NCBI GenBank assembly: GCA_012862495.1
Contig: BLSG01000314.1
Span: 24,501 to 88,376, forward strand
DNA from: Thraustochytrium aureum
Lineage: Eukaryota
Reading direction: 5' to 3'
DNA length: 63,876 nucleotides
In this document: piece after piece, positions 59,577-63,876 of the stretch
Layout: every line of letters begins with the position of its first letter
Position numbering within the stretch: position 1 is the first letter of the stretch
Notes under the pieces: model-generated
What the model was told of the DNA's origin: nothing
Seen by the model: only the letters and a program-made list of their open reading frames with translations
Database searches by the model: none
Program-made: the position numbers and the translations under genes

Positions 59577-59921
59577 ACGGGGCGGTTGCTGTCACATAGG
59601 CCTACGCAGCGAGGAGCCTGCCTGGCATGCCAGCCCTCGACTGTTGGGAGACTCCTAAAGCGCTGCGCGCTCGCTTTTTGAAGATAGTGATGATTTGCCT
59701 GCCGCCGCTGTCCCGGGCCCTGGGCGCCCCGCTCGACGCCGCCCGCCAGAGCCCCGCGTGCTCCTTCGAGGTAGGGGGCGATGAGCGAGCGGGGGCTCTT
59801 ATAAAAGCTCACTAGCACAAGCACAAGCACAAAGGAAGTTACATGATTGACTTGTTCACCTCGCCCGTTCGGGCGCGGGTGGCCATGGGTGGGAGTGGGC
59901 GGCGGGTTGTGCATGGATTCG

Positions 59922-62013
59922 CTAGCTTCCCGACTCGACACCGAACCCGAAACGAGCGGTGCCGTCGTCGTCGCCGCGCCGAAAGCTGCGCACAGGGGCG
60001 TCGATGTGAATGTCGACGCCGTCGTCCTCCGCGGCTTGCTGGTCCCGACCAGACTGCTGGCGAGCGGCGCGGCGGAGCTCGCGCGCGCGGTTGNNNNNNN
60101 NNNNNNNNNNNNNNNNNNNNNNNNNNNNNNNNNNNNNNNNNNNNNNNNNNNNNNNNNNNNNNNNNNNNNNNNNNNNNNNNNNNNNNNNNNNNNNNNNNNN
60201 NNNNNNNNNNNNNNNNNNNNNNNNNNNNNNNNNNNNNNNNNNNNNNNNNNNNNNNNNNNNNNNNNNNNNNNNNNNNNNNNNNNNNNNNNNNNNNNNNNNN
60301 NNNNNNNNNNNNNNNNNNNNNNNNNNGACTGCTGGCGAGCGGCGCGGCGGAGCTCGCGCGCGCGGTTGCGCGCCACGAGCTGCTGGCCCTGCGCAAGAAG
60401 CTCGCTCGAGTGCTGCCCCTTGAGCATGCCCGGGTCGGGGTGTGTCTCGACGCCCAGAAAGTTGAGAAACCGGTCGAAGACCTTGAAAAAGGTGCAAACC
60501 GCGAGAACCACGACCAGCAGAGGCAGGAACCGGCTCAACGTGGTGCCCAGGAAAGGGACCACGTCCATGTCGCCCACGAGGCGCCGAAAGGCGAGCGCGT
60601 CCACGTCCTCGGGGTGAAGCATGCCAATGTAGTTTACCCCGAGCGAGAACTGCAGTCGCCCCATGTATGACGCGTTCGCAAGCAGGCTGTACGCGTCTGT
60701 CTGGCGGTTGCGATGGAGCGCGAGGCGGTCAAGGAGCTTGAACTTGAACAGGGCAGTGTACATGCACGCGGCCATGTACAGGAGCGGCAGCGCGCTCAAG
60801 AAGAAGCGACCAAAGTCGCCTGACATATTGTGGATCATAAGAGCGAACAGCGAGGCCTTGCCCGTAATGGGCGCGATGCTCTCGTTCCACAACAGCACCC
60901 CAGAAGCTGCAGTCAGCAAATAGGCCAGAGACTTCCAAAATAGATACCGGTAGCGGAGCGTAAACCCCATCGGCGCGGTGGCCTCGGCCAGCATCTGCGA
61001 CTCGGCCTCGGCGCCAACAAAGTCGCTGCCGTCCAGGCGCTGGTACATTTGGTTGGACCCTTCGAGCCTGCTGATGAGCGTCTCAAGCCGAGCGGTCTGC
61101 TCCATCACGTGCGACATCTCGTAGTGCGCGCGCTGCGCTCTGACCGTCGCGCGCTTGAGCGTGTAGTGCAAGTCGGCCACCCGCCGCGCGAGCCGCGCCT
61201 CGTTGCCGCTCCCCGACTCGTCCTCCTCGCGCCGTTCGGCGGAGCTCGACCGACGATACCGCGAAGCGGGAAAGTCGGTGAGGCACTCCGCCTCGGCGGC
61301 AGACGCCTTGGCCTTGACCAGGTCGACCCACTCGGCCACCTTGCCCGCGCCGCTGCTGGTTCGCAGGCCGTCGATGTGCGCGACCACCTCTTGGAGGTCG
61401 GCCTGCGCGTCCATCAGCTCCGACTCGACGGACGGCGCGAGGCAGTAGTGCCATTTGAGCAGGCGCTTGGGGTCTGTCTTGTTCCACACCTCGCGGGGCA
61501 CCTCGACGATGCCGTACCCGAGCATGACAACAACGAGCACCATGCCGTAGCAGTTTGCGGTGGCGATGAGAAACCCGGAGACCTTGGCCAGCGCAAACCC
61601 CTCCTTGATAGCCACCAAGGCGGCCACGACGCCCAGCAGAACGGACAGGTACGCGTAAAACCGGGCGTTGTGCCGCGCGGCGGCCAGCAGCCTCGCGCGC
61701 GGCTCGAGCTCGCCCGCCGCCCAGTACTCCATCACCAGCGGCAGCACGAGCCAGCACCAGACAAACGTCACCCAGTAGTTGACCTTCCACAGCGCCAGCA
61801 CCGCATGGCTGCCATCCCTCCCCGGCCGACTCGGTGGCCACGTCCAGGGGCAGCAGCACCACGAGCGCGAACGTGCCGAGCCACCACGACACGAGCACGG
61901 CGGCCCGGTACGTCCAGGGCGTCTCGGCCCTCGCATACTGCCGCAGCTGGCCCAATTCCACGCCAGCACCGCGGCCCCCGCCCCGGCGCCAACCACGAAC
62001 AGCCCCGGCCCAT
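59922..62013 (-). CDS. LMBR1-domain (LMBRD2-like) multi-pass membrane protein; frameshifts near the 5' end, false gap at 60094-60326
   Basis: LLPLDVA, LWKVNYWVTF..W.VLP.VMEY..AGE, NCYG..V.MLGYGIVEVPR..W, TDAYSLL.NA.Y..RL...L..NY, GDMDVVPFLG. Confidence 0.88.
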
Positions 62014-62379
62014 NNNNNNNNNNNNNNNNNNNNNNNNNNNNNNNNNNNNNNNNNNNNNNNNNNNNNNNNNNNNNNNNNNNNNNNNNNNNNNNNNNNNNNN
62101 NNNNNNNNNNNNNNNNNNNNNNNNNNNNNNNNNNNNNNNNNNNNNNNNNNNNNNNNNNNNNNNNNNNNNNNNNNNNNNNNNNNNNNNNNNNNNNNNNNNN
62201 NNNNNNNNNNNNNNNNNNNNNNNNNNNNNNNNNNNNNNNNNNNNNNNNNNNNNNNNNNNNNNNNNNNNNNNNNNNNNNNNNNNCCTCCCCACTCAACCAG
62301 CGAACGAGCGAAACGAACCCAAAGAACACACACAACCGCAAGGAGTACCGGTACCCACCGAACAAAACGAATACCTACG

Positions 62380-62465
62380 CGAACACGAAGAACAACGCCC
62401 AAGAGAACACAAAGAGCAACGCCCAAGAGAACACAACGAGCAACGCCCAAGAGAACACAACGAGC
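62380..62465. repeat. 24-bp tandem repeat (GAACACAAAGAGCAACGCCCAAGA, about 3.5 copies)
   Basis: Visible tandem copies upstream of the LMBR1-like gene. Confidence 0.85.
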
Positions 62466-62489
62466 CTCGCGAGCGCGCATGCCCCTCAA

Positions 62490-62598
62490 CCTAACCTTTC
62501 GGCTCCCGTGACCTAACCGGTTCAGCAGAACGAAACGATCCCAGCGAAGGACCGTTGGGTTCTCCGGTAGCCTAACCCGTCCGGGCCTGACCTAACCC
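62490..62598. promoter_or_regulatory. Cluster of four CCTAACC motifs in the divergent LMBRD2-like/TBCA intergenic region
   Basis: CCTAACC at 62490, 62512, 62571 and 62591. The regulatory role is inferred. Confidence 0.4.
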
Positions 62599-62841
62599 AT
62601 CGAGCGACGAACAAAGCGAGCCCCACGAGCCAGCGGGCGGTTGGAAATTCGGAATGGAACAGAGCTGAAACGAAAGGGCGGAGGAGGCGCAGGAGGAGGG
62701 TCAGGGGCGCGCGAGAGGGACTGCTGCGGGGCGAGGGAGAGCGCAGGGGACGCCGAGGCAGTGCGCGAGGGCCCGGAGAGGCTCGGCGCAGGGCGCGCGT
62801 GCTGTCTTTCTTGGCGGCGCCGCTTTTGGCCGGCCGAAAAA

Positions 62842-63159
62842 ATGGACAAGCAGACGGCGCAGCAGCTCAAGATCAAGGTCGGCGTGCTGAAGCGCGCTGT
62901 GAAGGAGCTCGCGATGTACAAGGACGAGGTGAGCAAGCTGTCGGCGGAGGTTGAGGCCATGGGCCCTGACCACGACAGGTTCAGGCAGATCTCGCAGGCC
63001 CTCGACGAGTCCAAGGCGATGCTTCTGGATGCACGGAACAGGGTCTCGGACGCCAAGGAAGGCGTCGAGTCGTTCATCGAGGCCGAAAGCGTCGACGAGG
63101 AGAGCGACCTGTTCAAGGAGGCGTCTGCGCTGCTGGAGCAGGCAGGGGCCTCGGCCTAG
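62842..63159 (+). CDS. TBCA: Tubulin-specific chaperone A (cofactor A)
   Basis: QLKIKVGVLKRAVKELAMYKDEV..QALDESKAMLLDARNRV matches the TBCA pattern. Confidence 0.9.
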   Translation: MDKQTAQQLKIKVGVLKRAVKELAMYKDEVSKLSAEVEAMGPDHDRFRQISQALDESKAMLLDARNRVSDAKEGVESFIEAESVDEESDLFKEASALLEQAGASA

Positions 63160-63404
63160 CGCGCCAGAGTTCGCATTCTCTAAATAGATGCATATCGAAA
63201 ATGGCAAGGATGTTGTTGTTGATTCATGGCATGCCTTTCCCGCTCGTCAGCACTCGGGCGGTTCAGCCTTGGCCCTGTTTGATCACGCTCGTCGCCTTTG
63301 GGCCGTGGAGAAGTGCGCCGTTGCCAGCAGGTGCCAGCAGGCCAAAACATCGATTCAAGTCCTTGATCGTGAGAACCGACGAGAGAGCAGAGCAGCCACG
63401 CCGC

Positions 63405-63876
63405 TCAAGCACTGCAAGACCAGTTTTCGATGTGGCGCGCCGTCTGGTAGTCCGACACGTTGTCCTCCCCGCTGCTTGCCTCGTCCTCGCCGCCATAGGA
63501 CGAAAACGATTCGCACCCCGGCATGTACTCCTCGTCCGTGTCGTACCCGTCAAAGTCTTGGGCCGCCGAGAGGCCCCCGCTATTGTAAGCCGATGTAGCA
63601 GACATGCTGCGGACAAGGTCTGCGCCAGGCGAGTCCATGCCGAGCTGGGCCTCGAGCCTCAGCCGATCCATCTGCAGCGACTCTGCAAGCGAGATTTGCG
63701 TCGCCTGCTCGTGAAACTTGGAGCCAGCCCGCACTCCGCTTCCGAGCTCCAAATCCCTAGGCGGACCCAGCGGCTCCCTCGAAGACGCCCGAGGCGTGGC
63801 CAACTTGGGTGGCCGAACAAAGGTCCCCATGCCGCGGGCCGACGGCGGCACAACCGAGCGCGTGGAGTGCATCTTT
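63405..63876 (-). CDS. 3' end of an uncharacterised protein (truncated by the window edge)
   Basis: Open frame to the window end with an acidic, Ser-rich tail. Confidence 0.45.
   Translation of the reverse strand, partial: KMHSTRSVVPPSARGMGTFVRPPKLATPRASSREPLGPPRDLELGSGVRAGSKFHEQATQISLAESLQMDRLRLEAQLGMDSPGADLVRSMSATSAYNSGGLSAAQDFDGYDTDEEYMPGCESFSSYGGEDEASSGEDNVSDYQTARHIENWSCSA

Noticed and set aside
1..63876. Pervasive 1-nt frameshifts (RPL3, DYRK, ABCF, HERC, GT34, tetraspanin and others) as programmed frameshifting, RNA editing or pseudogenes
   Set aside because: They go in both directions, often sit in homopolymer runs, share no slippery motif, and hit essential conserved genes in a gap-rich draft. 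Sequencing or assembly indel error is the simplest explanation; raw reads would confirm it.

Overview
GC-rich, gene-dense eukaryotic nuclear DNA with few, short (about 74-88 nt) GT-AG introns and many N gaps. The gene content and style suggest a stramenopile protist, most likely a thraustochytrid/labyrinthulomycete, but that is inference. Many genes carry 1-nt frameshifts, often in homopolymers. These include essential genes such as RPL3 and a DYRK kinase, so I treat them as sequencing or assembly errors. Recognisable genes, in order: a divergent F1-ATP synthase alpha-like protein, a membrane-anchored TTL-like protein, EF-hand-like and ARM-like ORFs, a fibro-slime/L-lectin/filamin type I membrane protein, a GT34 glycosyltransferase, LAMTOR3, a J-like protein, a PI3K p101/p87-like protein, an APC amino acid transporter, a TCP10/CENPJ-repeat protein, an APH/EcKinase-like fusion, ABCF, a secreted PAN/PT-repeat protein, RPL3, ZGRF1, SERRATE/Ars2, a tetraspanin, a CaaX-ended ARM protein, DYRK1, a HERC-type RCC1-HECT ligase, LMBRD2-like and TBCA. 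I saw no rRNA, tRNA, CRISPR array or clear transposon. The best leads are (1) a nuclear, apparently mitochondrion-targeted F1-alpha paralogue with a destroyed P-loop and a large insertion, (2) a full-length class IB PI3K regulatory subunit (p101)-like gene in a protist, (3) a type II membrane TTL-like pseudo-ligase, and (4) telomere-like CCTAACC motif clusters in promoters. All family calls come from motifs recalled by eye; no database search was run.
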